Shown here piece by piece: positions 17,895 through 27,987 of a DNA stretch of 64,000 nucleotides. A model generated the notes under the pieces. It worked only from the letters and a program-made list of their open reading frames with translations. It was not told the origin of the DNA and searched no databases. The stretch comes from a virus (taxonomy: Duplodnaviria; Caudoviricetes). Every line of letters begins with the position of its first letter. Position 1 is the stretch's first letter. The stretch spans positions 26,968 to 90,967 of the IMG/VR virus record IMGVR_UViG_3300025708_000007; one strand, given 5' to 3'. The position numbers and the translations under genes are program-made.

Positions 17895-18084
17895 TGTTAC
17901 GGATGAAAATGATAATCCAATTGGATTGATGGAACAAATAAGAAAGCAATCTGAAGAGAACAAAAAAATTGAAATTAATCTCGAAGAAAAATTAAGTGAG
18001 CCTTGGAAAAAACCCAATATTGACACAATATATGGTGGAATTGAATTTATTGAAAAATTTAATGAAGAGTTAAATGAAACATAA
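17884..18084 (+). CDS. Hypothetical protein
   Basis: Short ORF overlapping the previous stop. Confidence 0.5.
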   Translation: MKNSVTDENDNPIGLMEQIRKQSEENKKIEINLEEKLSEPWKKPNIDTIYGGIEFIEKFNEELNET

Positions 18085-18154
18085 TTGAAGACTTTATTCA
18101 TGAAGTCAGATACAGTATTTCTTTAATGGATGGTACGCATCCTTGACGTTCTTT

Positions 18155-18527
18155 GGGGCAGTTTGGTTTTGACAGCATGCTTGAATGGTATGTAAGCAAG
18201 TCGTAGTTTGAGCAACACTACGTAAAAACAGGTTCAAAACAATAAATGCAGAGGATATAATGTCCATTCCTACTTCTCTAACGAGAGGTCGCTTATTTGT
18301 AGAGAGTGCTGAACTCGCAATGGTAGCGTAAGGAAGCAGCAAACGCAGCAAAAACCTTCCAAATAAACCCATCTCGATGGAACTTGTTATTTTAACAGAG
18401 AGATAAGGAAGTAAAATAAAACAGTGGATAAAAAATAAATGTTTTGCTGATTTAGAAAAATCAGATAAACTTGTAGAAAACGTATTGGGCACATGACTGC
18501 ACACGGGTTCGAATCCCGTCTGCTCCA
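18155..18527 (+). ncRNA. ssrA: tmRNA
   Basis: GGGGCAG / CTGCTCC-A acceptor with G3:U70, stemless D region, T arm, resume context TAAAT-GCA and a tag ORF ending AMVA. Confidence 0.9.
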
Positions 18528-18552
18528 CTAAAACATTTAAAACATTGAAATT

Positions 18553-18990
18553 ATGAGTGACCATAGTAAACAAATAGAATTACTGGAAAAACTTCTCAAT
18601 TCTGAGGAAGGTAAAGCCTCTATGAAAAAATTTTTCAACGATTTGGCAGATAAGAAAAAAATTGCTGAAGGTCGTTATAGGAAATTTGAAAAATGGCTTG
18701 AAACTCACGATTTAGATGAAATAATGCAACGTCTTGAAAAAGAACATTGTGTTGAATGGCGTAATAAGTGTTATAATAATGGTTATGAACCATATCCAAA
18801 TAACAAACTTGCTTTTTTAATTGATTATGTCGTTCATAATTATTATTCAATTAGCGTACCGCAAATTGAAAGCGAACATTTCGCAAATCAATCTTGGTTT
18901 TTCAAAGGATACTATATTAATATGACTTGGGGTCAGGGAGTGTTCACGCAAATATTTGACAGCAAATTCAATCAAATTATTGCGCTATGA
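18553..18990 (+). CDS. Hypothetical protein
   Basis: 145-aa ORF. Confidence 0.65.
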   Translation: MSDHSKQIELLEKLLNSEEGKASMKKFFNDLADKKKIAEGRYRKFEKWLETHDLDEIMQRLEKEHCVEWRNKCYNNGYEPYPNNKLAFLIDYVVHNYYSISVPQIESEHFANQSWFFKGYYINMTWGQGVFTQIFDSKFNQIIAL

Positions 18991-19301
18991 AAATATATCA
19001 CAACAAATTGGTGAGAGATAAAATACTGAAGACACTAAAAAAATCTGGTGTTGGTCATAAATATCATATTGCAAAAGACGATACTGAATTTCTTGAAAAA
19101 CTTAATGAAAAACTTCGGGAAGAAATACAAGAATTTAATGAAAAACCAAGCATTGAGGAATTTGCGGATATACTACAAGTACTTGAAACCATTGCAAGAT
19201 TTCATAGTTTTGATTTGAATGAAATTAAAGAAGCAAAAGCCAATAAATTCTATAATAAAGGTGGCTTTAATAATAGAATTGTTTTGGAAGAAACGAATTA
19301 A
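18987..19301 (+). CDS. MazG-like / PRA-PH nucleoside triphosphate pyrophosphohydrolase
   Basis: HNKLVRDKI...EEFADILQV...KGGF. Confidence 0.8.
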   Translation: MKIYHNKLVRDKILKTLKKSGVGHKYHIAKDDTEFLEKLNEKLREEIQEFNEKPSIEEFADILQVLETIARFHSFDLNEIKEAKANKFYNKGGFNNRIVLEETN

Positions 19302-19328
19302 CTGAAACTTTTTGCGGTAAAAATAAAC

Positions 19329-19418
19329 GGGGGTGTGATGAAATTGGTAGCACATACGGGACTTAAAATCCCGTGGGCAGTAATGCCCGTGTCGGTTCGA
19401 GTCCGACCACCCCTACCA
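19329..19418 (+). tRNA. tRNA-Leu(TAA), CCA encoded
   Basis: CGGGA CT TAA AA TCCCG; long variable arm. Confidence 0.92.
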
Positions 19419-19423
19419 AAACA

Positions 19424-19526
19424 TTTGGTAGCATTGCTACAAATAAACAAAGGCGGGTGTGGTGTCCCAACATCGGCAATTTAGATGCAATTGTCGGTAG
19501 CATGAGTTCGAGTCTCACCACCAAAT
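19424..19526 (+). ncRNA. tRNA-like RNA with expanded 5' domain and 8-bp anticodon-like stem
   Basis: TTTGGT / ACCAAA; CGGCAATT / AATTGTCG; TGAG TTCGAGT CTCA. Confidence 0.5.
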
Positions 19527-19545
19527 GTTTTTAAATTAAAATGAT

Positions 19546-19728
19546 ATGTTGTCATACGGAAAAAATAAGAAAATGCGTGAAAACTATCCTGACAATCATC
19601 CCAAGAAAGGATATGTAAACTGGTGGGAAGTTGAACTTGGAGATATTGATAAAGGTCGTGAACGTCAAGAAGCAAAACGTAACATAAAAAAAGAATTAAA
19701 TGATGAAACTATTGGCAGGAATGATTGA
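19546..19728 (+). CDS. Hypothetical protein
   Basis: 60-aa ORF, GYVNWWE. Confidence 0.5.
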   Translation: MLSYGKNKKMRENYPDNHPKKGYVNWWEVELGDIDKGRERQEAKRNIKKELNDETIGRND

Positions 19729-19814
19729 AATGTTCAGAATGTTGTTTATTAACAGTTATGATGACCCATACACTGAATACCTTTCGGAACAACCGGGTAT
19801 TTATGTTCACATAA

Positions 19815-20111
19815 GTGATGTTTATGATAATGTTTAGAGAAATGCGTAAAGAAGTTAAGTTTTTATCAAAAGAAATTAAATTTGCAATTCGTAAAGAAAT
19901 TCGCAAAGAATGCCGTCAGGAAGCAATACGAATACTTGAACTTGCAGAGGAAAAAGACCGTGAGGATTTTCTTAAATATCATAAAGAAGACCAAGGAAAC
20001 ATTTGCTGTATGGTGTTGGATTTTGCAAAGAAAAAATTAGTTGAAAAGGGTGTTATGGAACAAAAACCAAACGATTGTTTTGAAGACCCGACAATACATT
20101 TGGAAAAATGA
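19815..20111 (+). CDS. Hypothetical protein
   Basis: 98-aa ORF. Confidence 0.5.
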   Translation: MMFMIMFREMRKEVKFLSKEIKFAIRKEIRKECRQEAIRILELAEEKDREDFLKYHKEDQGNICCMVLDFAKKKLVEKGVMEQKPNDCFEDPTIHLEK

Positions 20112-20229
20112 AAATCAAAAAGAATTTCAATCCCAATGATTGTGGTTGTGGTAAATCTTTAAAAACTAAGGATTCTCGAAGAAAAAATACCACACCAAAA
20201 CGAATAATAAAGAAAAAAAGTAACCTCAA

Positions 20230-20775
20230 GTGATGGATAATAAATCATATTCATATTTGTTGGGGCAGTATTTAGGTGACGGCTGTGTTTCTGAAACAAA
20301 AAGAACGTATAGATTACGTATTTTTAATGACGTTAAATATAATCATTTAAATGACTATATATTTCAAACAATACAAAAAATATTTCCAAACAATAAGGTG
20401 AATACATGTTTTTATCAAAATCATGTTATTACTTATGTTTATTCAAATGAAATTCCCAAATTATTTCCACAACACAATCTGGGATTAAAAAAAAATAGAA
20501 AAATTCAATTATATGACTGGCAAATAAAAATATTGGACTATAAATATTTATTTGCAGGATTGTTGCATTCAGATGGTTGTATTTATTTTGACAGAGGATA
20601 TAAAATGTGTGTATTTACTAACACTTCATTAGACATATTGGACATTTTTAAAGATTGTTGCGATAAATTAAATATTGAATACACCATCAATAAAAATAGG
20701 ATACAAATAAGAAAAAGAAAATCTAATGATTGGATTGAAGAAAATGTTGGTGATAAAAATATAATTAAAATATAA
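20230..20775 (+). CDS. LAGLIDADG homing endonuclease
   Basis: Two motifs, YLLGQYLGDG and LFAGLLHSDG. Confidence 0.85.
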   Translation: MMDNKSYSYLLGQYLGDGCVSETKRTYRLRIFNDVKYNHLNDYIFQTIQKIFPNNKVNTCFYQNHVITYVYSNEIPKLFPQHNLGLKKNRKIQLYDWQIKILDYKYLFAGLLHSDGCIYFDRGYKMCVFTNTSLDILDIFKDCCDKLNIEYTINKNRIQIRKRKSNDWIEENVGDKNIIKI

Positions 20776-20776
20776 T

Positions 20777-20850
20777 GCCCAGATGACGGAATTGGCATAC
20801 GTATTAGATTCAAAACCTAAGTTTTGTGGGTTCGACTCCCACTCTGGGCA
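20777..20850 (+). tRNA. tRNA-Leu(CAA) with short variable loop
   Basis: TTAGA TT CAA AA CCTAA. Confidence 0.75.
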
Positions 20851-20870
20851 CTAAAAAAAATGTATTGGTT

Positions 20871-21374
20871 ATGGCAAAAATACTCAAAGTTCCAATGAAA
20901 GGACAATGGTATGATTTTGATTGCGGTGTTGCTATAACATATTCAATATTAAGATATCTCAAAATAAAGGTTAGTTATGAAGATGTTTTAAAAACATCAA
21001 AAGTGTGCCCGGTAAATGGCATAAAGCCAAACAAGCTTATCAATTTGTTTAAAAAATTTGGATTGAATGCTGTTTGCGAAAACGATAAAAACATTAGATT
21101 CTTAATCAAACAAATAAATGCCAATAATCCAGTAATTGTATTAATTCAATGTAGAAAAGAATATAAAAAGTCTTGGGCGAGTACGTGGGCACACGGACAC
21201 TACGTTGTGGTAATTGGTTACGATAAAAACAGAGTATTTATATTTGACCCGTCAATGGGTGGTAGCATAAAAACATTTACACATAAACAATTTTATGGTC
21301 GTTGGCATGATTATTCAAAAAATAATACTTATATTCGAACCGTAATTTATATTGATGATGAAAATGAGAAATGA
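20871..21374 (+). CDS. C39-family cysteine peptidase
   Basis: DCGVA; GHYVVVIGYD; FDP. Confidence 0.8.
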   Translation: MAKILKVPMKGQWYDFDCGVAITYSILRYLKIKVSYEDVLKTSKVCPVNGIKPNKLINLFKKFGLNAVCENDKNIRFLIKQINANNPVIVLIQCRKEYKKSWASTWAHGHYVVVIGYDKNRVFIFDPSMGGSIKTFTHKQFYGRWHDYSKNNTYIRTVIYIDDENEK

Positions 21375-21409
21375 AAGGGCATCAGTCTTTTAAGTTAATT
21401 ACTTAAAAG

Positions 21410-21733
21410 ATGAAAGCAAAAAAAATCTCAGACGAAACCACTAATCGTGGTGAATTCAATCGTGCATACAAGTTTTATCTTGAGCACAGTGGCAAAATTA
21501 GCTGTAGTTATTGTCGTTACAATCGTGGCGAAAATTCAAATCAAAAATGGTATGGTGGTTATCTTTATGATGACATGGAAATTTGTCGTGGTAAAAGAAA
21601 GGGAACAAATACCAGATTTCCAAACTGGAAACTTGTTTCAAAAAATAAAAAACAGTGGATGGAAAAGCCAATCAAAATGAAAAAAAGATATTTTGGTGGG
21701 TATACCAGAATTTATATCGACATTGTTTGGTAA
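21410..21733 (+). CDS. Hypothetical protein
   Basis: 107-aa basic ORF with CSYC. Confidence 0.6.
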   Translation: MKAKKISDETTNRGEFNRAYKFYLEHSGKISCSYCRYNRGENSNQKWYGGYLYDDMEICRGKRKGTNTRFPNWKLVSKNKKQWMEKPIKMKKRYFGGYTRIYIDIVW

Positions 21734-21745
21734 TGTCGATTATTT

Positions 21746-21818
21746 GGCGGGATAGCTCAGTTGGTAGAGCGATGGAGTCATAACCCATAGGTCGTGAGTT
21801 CGAATCTCACTCCCGCTA
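21746..21818 (+). tRNA. tRNA-Met(CAT) (elongator Met or Ile2)
   Basis: ATGG..GT CAT AA..CCAT; GGCGGGA / TCCCGCT. Confidence 0.85.
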
Positions 21819-21823
21819 CAAAT

Positions 21824-21851
21824 AAAAAAACCCATCGAATTCGATGGGTTT
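21824..21851. terminator. Bidirectional terminator
   Basis: AAACCCATCG / CGATGGGTTT between convergent units. Confidence 0.65.
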
Positions 21852-21866
21852 ATGTTTCCAGTGTGT

Positions 21867-22133
21867 TTACTTTTTCTTTTTTTCTTTTTGCTGTTTGATG
21901 TATGCTTTGATAACTTTATCCAATCCGAAGAATTTCCAGAAAATCCAATATCCCAAAAGGATAAATCCCCAAAGTCCAACCAGTGTTGCAGCACCCGATT
22001 TTCCAGCATCGTCTAATTTACCATATGCAAATAATACAACAAATACGTTTACTATTTGAATCCACGCAACTTTTAACCAAGGCAGTGCGGTTTCTTTTGC
22101 CCATTTTTTAATTTTTTCCCAAAGATTTTTCAT
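21867..22133 (-). CDS. Small two-TM membrane protein
   Basis: Two hydrophobic segments and a basic tail. Confidence 0.65.
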   Translation of the reverse strand: MKNLWEKIKKWAKETALPWLKVAWIQIVNVFVVLFAYGKLDDAGKSGAATLVGLWGFILLGYWIFWKFFGLDKVIKAYIKQQKEKKKK

Positions 22134-22160
22134 TTTATTATTTTTACCATAATGTTATTT

Positions 22161-22559
22161 TTATTTATAATCAGGACTTATTTTGTATGATTTTGCTGTA
22201 ACATACCCGCTTGATGCACTCTTGCCTGTTGGAACAATTGCACCCATATCAATGAGTGATTTTGCAACTGGTTCATTTTCGCTCCAATCTTTCAAGAAAA
22301 ATTCGTCTTCAGCAAGTTGCGCTGATTCCGGCATATTAACCGAAATCATTGCAAATGGTTCGCCATTGGTAGTGATTAGTTCAACGGCAAGTGCATTGTT
22401 GTCCCTATACCTGTCAAATTCGAAATATACTTCATCATCTTCACCCCAAAGATTAAGTGTGAATGTTTTCTGCGGACTTTCATTCAATTTTCTTTTCTTA
22501 AATGTTTTATCAAGTCTGCCCATGACTTCATAAAGTCTTTTTCTATCTGTATTTTTCAT
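22161..22559 (-). CDS. DUF4313-like protein with RLYEVM leader
   Basis: RKRLYEVMGRLDKTFKKRKLNE; YRDNNALAVEL...SGYV. Confidence 0.6.
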   Translation of the reverse strand: MKNTDRKRLYEVMGRLDKTFKKRKLNESPQKTFTLNLWGEDDEVYFEFDRYRDNNALAVELITTNGEPFAMISVNMPESAQLAEDEFFLKDWSENEPVAKSLIDMGAIVPTGKSASSGYVTAKSYKISPDYK

Positions 22560-22563
22560 ATTA

Positions 22564-23397
22564 TTAAATTATTTCAACTAATTCCCACTCACTTGAATTT
22601 TTGGGTGATTGAATTTCTTCCGAAACCACTACGGATGAACCTCTTTTTATTCTTAACTCTTTGATGATATCATCATTCAACAATTGTTCAAGAACCGCAT
22701 CTGATAGTGGCGATGAGGTAAATCCTCTTGCAAATGTCCTTGAAATCCTATAACGTTGTAATTCAGGATTTTTTGATTTAACAACTGTAATTTCCAAATC
22801 ACTCAATCTTCCTTGATTTACAAATTTTTCCATTAAGTTGAATAGATGGTCAGATTCTTTATTATAAACTTCCGGTGTCGTTACAGTAACACTATATTGT
22901 TTATTCATGTGAATAATTATTGCAATCAAATCTTTTTGTCTGACATTATCAGACACGTTGATTTCACCTTCATGTGTTGCAGTTATTTTAAATCCATATC
23001 CCATACCATTTATTCTTCTTGCTTCACGTTCAAACGAAAATCCATGATTTCCGTTTTCCTTAAAAATAAGAAATTGCTTCACGTGAATCATTTCGTGTGC
23101 AAATGTATTTAAAAATTCTCTATATGGCAACTTATAAAAGGTGGAAATTGCTAAATTTTTTACAATTATTTCACGTGTGTATCTATTAATCAATGCCTGT
23201 ACCTTACCAAGCGGTCTCATTTTCATTAACACCAATGGAACTTTTGGTAATTGATTATCAAAAAGCAATAGATTTAATCTATCGTATTCCTCTTGCAGAT
23301 TAATCTTGTTCAAATCAACGATTTCATCATCAGCATACTTGCCATATTCAGTAATAAAACCACCGATTTCTTCTTTTATGATTACATTTAATTTCAT
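22564..23397 (-). CDS. SprT-like zinc metalloprotease
   Basis: FAHEMIH...HGFSF; IIKEEI leader. Confidence 0.75.
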   Translation of the reverse strand: MKLNVIIKEEIGGFITEYGKYADDEIVDLNKINLQEEYDRLNLLLFDNQLPKVPLVLMKMRPLGKVQALINRYTREIIVKNLAISTFYKLPYREFLNTFAHEMIHVKQFLIFKENGNHGFSFEREARRINGMGYGFKITATHEGEINVSDNVRQKDLIAIIIHMNKQYSVTVTTPEVYNKESDHLFNLMEKFVNQGRLSDLEITVVKSKNPELQRYRISRTFARGFTSSPLSDAVLEQLLNDDIIKELRIKRGSSVVVSEEIQSPKNSSEWELVEII

Positions 23398-23400
23398 CTA

Positions 23401-23859
23401 TTAACCAAATATTACATCACATTTCATTGTACTGAAATCTATTTCAACTTCTGTTGGATATACTCCATCACCAAAAACTCTGTCTGTAATTGAAGTATTA
23501 AATTCCCACTGATACTTCGCAACATCAAGCTGTGCTTCTTGGTCGGGTACATTTTCATCTGATGATACGATTTCATAATATATTGTGCCTACAATGCCAT
23601 CAATCATAACCATCATGCTTTTAATTCCATAATCCCTGATTTCTGGTATAATGTGCCATTTCACATCAACCTTCTGACGATAAGCATCAACATATTCTGC
23701 TTGTGGATAAAATTTTTCTTTTAAGCCGTCAATATGAACCTCAACATTTTTTGAATAAAATGACCAATCATCATCAGTCATTTCATTCATTTTGGGTTTA
23801 TACGATTTATCAATAGCTTGCATAACTTCAACAAGCCTTTGTTTTTTATTGCCTTTCAT
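23401..23859 (-). CDS. Hypothetical protein with RLVEVM leader
   Basis: KQRLVEVMQAIDKSYKPKMNE. Confidence 0.65.
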   Translation of the reverse strand: MKGNKKQRLVEVMQAIDKSYKPKMNEMTDDDWSFYSKNVEVHIDGLKEKFYPQAEYVDAYRQKVDVKWHIIPEIRDYGIKSMMVMIDGIVGTIYYEIVSSDENVPDQEAQLDVAKYQWEFNTSITDRVFGDGVYPTEVEIDFSTMKCDVIFG

Positions 23860-23923
23860 GTCGTGGAATAACAATTTTTTATAAATACTTGACAACGATT
23901 AAAATTCTATATAAATTCGCAGC

Positions 23924-24430
23924 ATGTTACAAGAATACACTTCAGCAAAATCATGCATTAAACAAGTTCCGGCTGGTTTTAAAATTGTTCACAAATATTT
24001 TGGCTGGGAAGAAAATACCGTTAATCTTGATATTGGCGGTGGAAAATATGATTTAATGACTAATAGATTAAAAGAATTGGGTGTGACAAATTTAGTGTTT
24101 GACCCATATAACCGAAGTATCACCCACAATATCAAAGTTGTGAATAAGATATTCAATAATGATGTGGATACGGTTACAATCTTTAATGTTTTAAATGTAA
24201 TAAAAGAACGTGAAATTCAATTAAACGTATTAAAGCTTGGATTTAACGCACTTAAAAAGGGTGGAATGGTATTTGTCAGGTCAACATATATGAACTCAAA
24301 TAAAGCCTCTGGTGTGACAAAATCGGGCACATTTCAACATTACCTCACCCAAGGACAATATCTCGAAATAGTAAAAGAAGTTTTTCCAAACGCCCAATTA
24401 AAATACGGCATAATTTACGCAACAAAATGA
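23924..24430 (+). CDS. Class I SAM-dependent methyltransferase
   Basis: VNLDIGGGKYD; FNVLNVI. Confidence 0.75.
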   Translation: MLQEYTSAKSCIKQVPAGFKIVHKYFGWEENTVNLDIGGGKYDLMTNRLKELGVTNLVFDPYNRSITHNIKVVNKIFNNDVDTVTIFNVLNVIKEREIQLNVLKLGFNALKKGGMVFVRSTYMNSNKASGVTKSGTFQHYLTQGQYLEIVKEVFPNAQLKYGIIYATK

Positions 24431-25291
24431 TTAGAGATTACAATAAAGACCATTGCTGGCAATATGATATCAGATTAAATAACCTTGAAGAAGATTTAAT
24501 ATTGGCTGGTTTAACTGCAGATGATGTAAGTAATCTTAATGTCACTGATTTTGTTTTACAGCACGAAGACAAGGAAATCTGCTATGAGGAAGTAAAGTCT
24601 TTCATTGAAAGGCACGAATGGCTTGGAAGAATGAGTTTATATCCAACAAATATTTTTACCGCAAGATATAATGGCATTTTAGCGGGTGTGGTTATAATGG
24701 ATATGCCAAGTGTGTTTTCAAAAATGCTTGGCGATGAAACAAGAAAAATTGAAAGATTAATAAGCAGGGGGGGCATGTATCAGTTGGTCGCCAAAAAATT
24801 TGGGAAGTTCTTTAATTATGTTTGCCATAAAATGGATGGTAAAAAACACCAGATTTCGTTTGTTTGTGGCGTATTCGGATATTGAGGCAAAAGAATTGGG
24901 AACAATATATCAAGCATGCAACTTTTATTATATTGGTAAGAAATCTGGTGCAAAGAAACAATATAAAATAGAATCAGGCAGGTGGGTTTCCGATAGATAT
25001 TTCAGAGCAAGGTCTGTATATAAAAGACTGGCGAAAGAAGATGGAATTGTTTGGCAGGATGAATGGCAAATTGGTGATAGTGTTAAATTTGATAAAATGC
25101 CGGAAGATGTTGCCAAAAGAATAAAAATGCTATCGAAAAATTATCTCAATTCTTGTGAGAGTAGGGAAATAATGCCAAAGCATAAATATGTTTATGTCTT
25201 AGGCGAAAACAAGGCAGAAACGAAGTATTTAAGAAAAATGTTTATAAGTAGAAATAAAATTTACCCTTATCCGAAAGAAAGAGGTAATTAA
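24427..25291 (+). pseudogene. Mom-like (GNAT) DNA modification gene split by a frameshift in a G7 tract
   Basis: Removing one G at 24767-73 joins ERLISRG to ACISWSPKNLGS...AYSD..GTIYQACNFYYIG. Confidence 0.65.
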
Positions 25292-25328
25292 TTGTAACAT
25301 TTTTAAATATTCTTCGTATAATTGCATT

Positions 25329-26423
25329 ATGAAGTTAAATTACAAAATATTAGAAAAGGTCGATTGGAAAGTCTTGCAGACTTACATTGATAACAGTCTT
25401 ATTGTCGCAAATAAGCATCCAGAATATGACATTTGGATATTGAACTATTCACCAAAAGTTCAATCTAAGAAATTCTGGGATGAATATACTTTATCTGCAC
25501 GTGGACTCGTTATTGATGCAGAGGGTAATATTGTTGCACGTCCATATCAGAAGTTCATGAACCTTGAAGAACATGACCCAGCAGACATTGATATGTCTCA
25601 GGAATATGAGGTTTTTGAAAAGGTAGATGGGTCATTAATCATCCTTTTCTATTACGAACCACGTATGCAATGGATTTTTGCTTCAAGAGGCTCATTCATT
25701 TCAGAACAGGCATTGGAAGCACAGAAAATGTTCAACCACACTGTTCAGGAAAAAATGAGTTCAAAATATACTTATTTGTTTGAAGTCTTATATCCAGAAA
25801 ACCGTATTGTGGTTGATTATGGTAGCAGAAGGGAACTTGTGTTACTTGGAAAAATGAACACCACTACGGGTGAAGAATGCCCATACGAATATCTTGTTGA
25901 CAAATATTCAAAGCATTTTACTGTCGTGAAAAGAATTGACGTAAGACTCGATAATTTATCCGAATTAAAAAGGCTTGAAGAAGACAACAAGGAAGGGTTC
26001 GTGGTGAGATTCAAGAACGGTTTCAGGGTTAAAGTCAAATTTAACGAATACGTTAGATTGCATGGTATTCTAACAAATGTTTCAAACATAACTGTTTGGG
26101 AACATTTGGTGAATAACTACAATTTTGACCAGTTACTTGACAGAGTGCCAGACGAATTTTATGGTTGGCTACAAAGAGTCGTAGCGTCATTGCAAGGAAA
26201 ATACGATGAAATTGAAAAAGAATCGTTGAAAGAATTCGTGAGAATTTACCACACCAATGGTATTATTGAACGTAAGGATTTTGCAATGGAAGCTTTGAAA
26301 TCGGACTACCGTTCGATTCTTTTCAAAATGTACGACAAAAAACCATATGAATCGATAATCTGGAATATGGTGCGTCCTGTATATAGTAAGCCATTCAAGG
26401 ATGGTTTCGAATATAGTATATAA
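25329..26423 (+). CDS. T4 Rnl1-type RNA ligase
   Basis: KVDGS motif I, EGFVV motif IV, RVKVK. Confidence 0.88.
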   Translation: MKLNYKILEKVDWKVLQTYIDNSLIVANKHPEYDIWILNYSPKVQSKKFWDEYTLSARGLVIDAEGNIVARPYQKFMNLEEHDPADIDMSQEYEVFEKVDGSLIILFYYEPRMQWIFASRGSFISEQALEAQKMFNHTVQEKMSSKYTYLFEVLYPENRIVVDYGSRRELVLLGKMNTTTGEECPYEYLVDKYSKHFTVVKRIDVRLDNLSELKRLEEDNKEGFVVRFKNGFRVKVKFNEYVRLHGILTNVSNITVWEHLVNNYNFDQLLDRVPDEFYGWLQRVVASLQGKYDEIEKESLKEFVRIYHTNGIIERKDFAMEALKSDYRSILFKMYDKKPYESIIWNMVRPVYSKPFKDGFEYSI

Positions 26424-26452
26424 AAAAAAGCTACCAAACGGTAGCTTTTTTT
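26423..26452. terminator. Bidirectional terminator
   Basis: AAAAGCTACC / GGTAGCTTTT. Confidence 0.75.
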
Positions 26453-26454
26453 AT

Positions 26455-27024
26455 TTATCGTATTCTTTCTTTATTGTCACCCATGTAGGTGTATTTAAAT
26501 GCCGGATTCTTTAATAATGCACTTCCTGCAGCAATTGCAGCAATTCTTTCTTCCAACATTGGAATTATAGGGGGTGGCGTACCAGAAGGTATTGAAATAT
26601 ATTGTGCAATTTCTTCGTAAGGCACAACTTCCCAATCCAACGTATATACAGTATGAAATGTTGCATCTTCCTGTGGAACAATTGGGAAATATCTACCGTT
26701 AGGTCCTTCCACCATTATTTTCACACCCTCAATTGGCTTGTATTCAGTTGTACCGCCAACAAATTGGAAATTAGGGTCTTTACGCAACATTGATTCTTTG
26801 TATGTTTCTGCCCATCTGAACTTATAGGGTTTGTGTTTAAAAATCCTACCAAAATATGGATTTGGGTTTGTTCTTGAACCCAATGTCTTTGGTGCTCGTG
26901 CTGGATATGTATAATATACGTATCCAAAAGAATATTTTTGTGGGTCTCTACCCATAAATTCGAGAAAATCCTCTACGGTTGTAATTTCACGACCTTCACT
27001 AAGTTCGTATATAAAATTTCCCAT
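26455..27024 (-). CDS. Hypothetical protein
   Basis: 189-aa ORF. Confidence 0.65.
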   Translation of the reverse strand: MGNFIYELSEGREITTVEDFLEFMGRDPQKYSFGYVYYTYPARAPKTLGSRTNPNPYFGRIFKHKPYKFRWAETYKESMLRKDPNFQFVGGTTEYKPIEGVKIMVEGPNGRYFPIVPQEDATFHTVYTLDWEVVPYEEIAQYISIPSGTPPPIIPMLEERIAAIAAGSALLKNPAFKYTYMGDNKERIR

Positions 27025-27096
27025 AAATCTTTAATTTTTCTATAAATACTTTCGACTCACTGAAAACAATTTTGTATTTATATTAAAAGCAACACT

Positions 27097-27900
27097 ATGA
27101 AACTATTTAATTTTTTAAAAAGAAAAAACAAAATCGAACCACAGGTTAGTGGAAATAAATTAGGACTTGGTTGGAAACGTGATTTACCTGACCCAAGAGA
27201 CTTTAAATTTAAAGTAACTGCACCAATTCCATTACCAAGTTTGGTTGATTTAAGACCAAAATGCCCACCAATTTATAACCAATATGAACTTGGTTCATGT
27301 ACAGCAAATGCAATGGGTGCTGCATTTCAATTTGAACAAATGAAGCAGGGAAAGAAAAATTTCATGCCTTCAAGACTTTTTATTTATTATAATACCAGAG
27401 CAATTGAGGGTACAATTAATTCCGATGCAGGTGCAACCATGAGAAATACAATGAAAAGTTTGGTTGATAAAGGCACTTGCCCTGAAACAAAATGGGATTA
27501 TAATACCAGCAAATTTGCAGAAAAACCAAATTTCTGTTGCTATCAGATAGCAAAGGATAATCAAGTTCTTCAATATTTGAGAGTAACGCATGATTTAACA
27601 GAAATAAAACAATGCCTTGCTTTGGGATACACCGTTGCATTCGGTATGATACTATTTAATTCATTCATGTCAAACGATACTGCTGCAAACGGAAATGTAA
27701 TTATGCCATTGCCAAATGAATCATCAATTGGCGGTCATGCAGTACTTGCTGTTGGATATGATGAAGAGAAGAAAGTATTGATAATGAGGAATAGTTGGGG
27801 CGTAGAATGGGGTGATAAGGGTTATTTTTATCTACCATACGAATATATAACAACACCCAACTTAGCTGCTGACTTTTGGACAATTAGACTGGTTGAATAA
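27097..27900 (+). CDS. C1 (papain-like) cysteine peptidase
   Basis: QYELGSCTANA; GGHAV; RNSWG. Confidence 0.9.
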   Translation: MKLFNFLKRKNKIEPQVSGNKLGLGWKRDLPDPRDFKFKVTAPIPLPSLVDLRPKCPPIYNQYELGSCTANAMGAAFQFEQMKQGKKNFMPSRLFIYYNTRAIEGTINSDAGATMRNTMKSLVDKGTCPETKWDYNTSKFAEKPNFCCYQIAKDNQVLQYLRVTHDLTEIKQCLALGYTVAFGMILFNSFMSNDTAANGNVIMPLPNESSIGGHAVLAVGYDEEKKVLIMRNSWGVEWGDKGYFYLPYEYITTPNLAADFWTIRLVE

Positions 27901-27928
27901 AAAAATATTGAAAATTTTGTAACATTTA

Positions 27929-27959
27929 TTTGTTTTTATCGTATTTATCCTTACATTTG
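27929..27959 (+). promoter_or_regulatory. Bacteroidota-type promoter of tRNA operon C
   Basis: TTTG, 19 nt, TACATTTG. Confidence 0.8.
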
Positions 27960-27987
27960 TAACCTCAAACTTTGTAAAAACATTTTT

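Noticed and set aside
18330-18345. SRP RNA-like GGAAGCAGC motif
   Set aside because: It lies inside the tmRNA and lacks the SRP helix 8 context.
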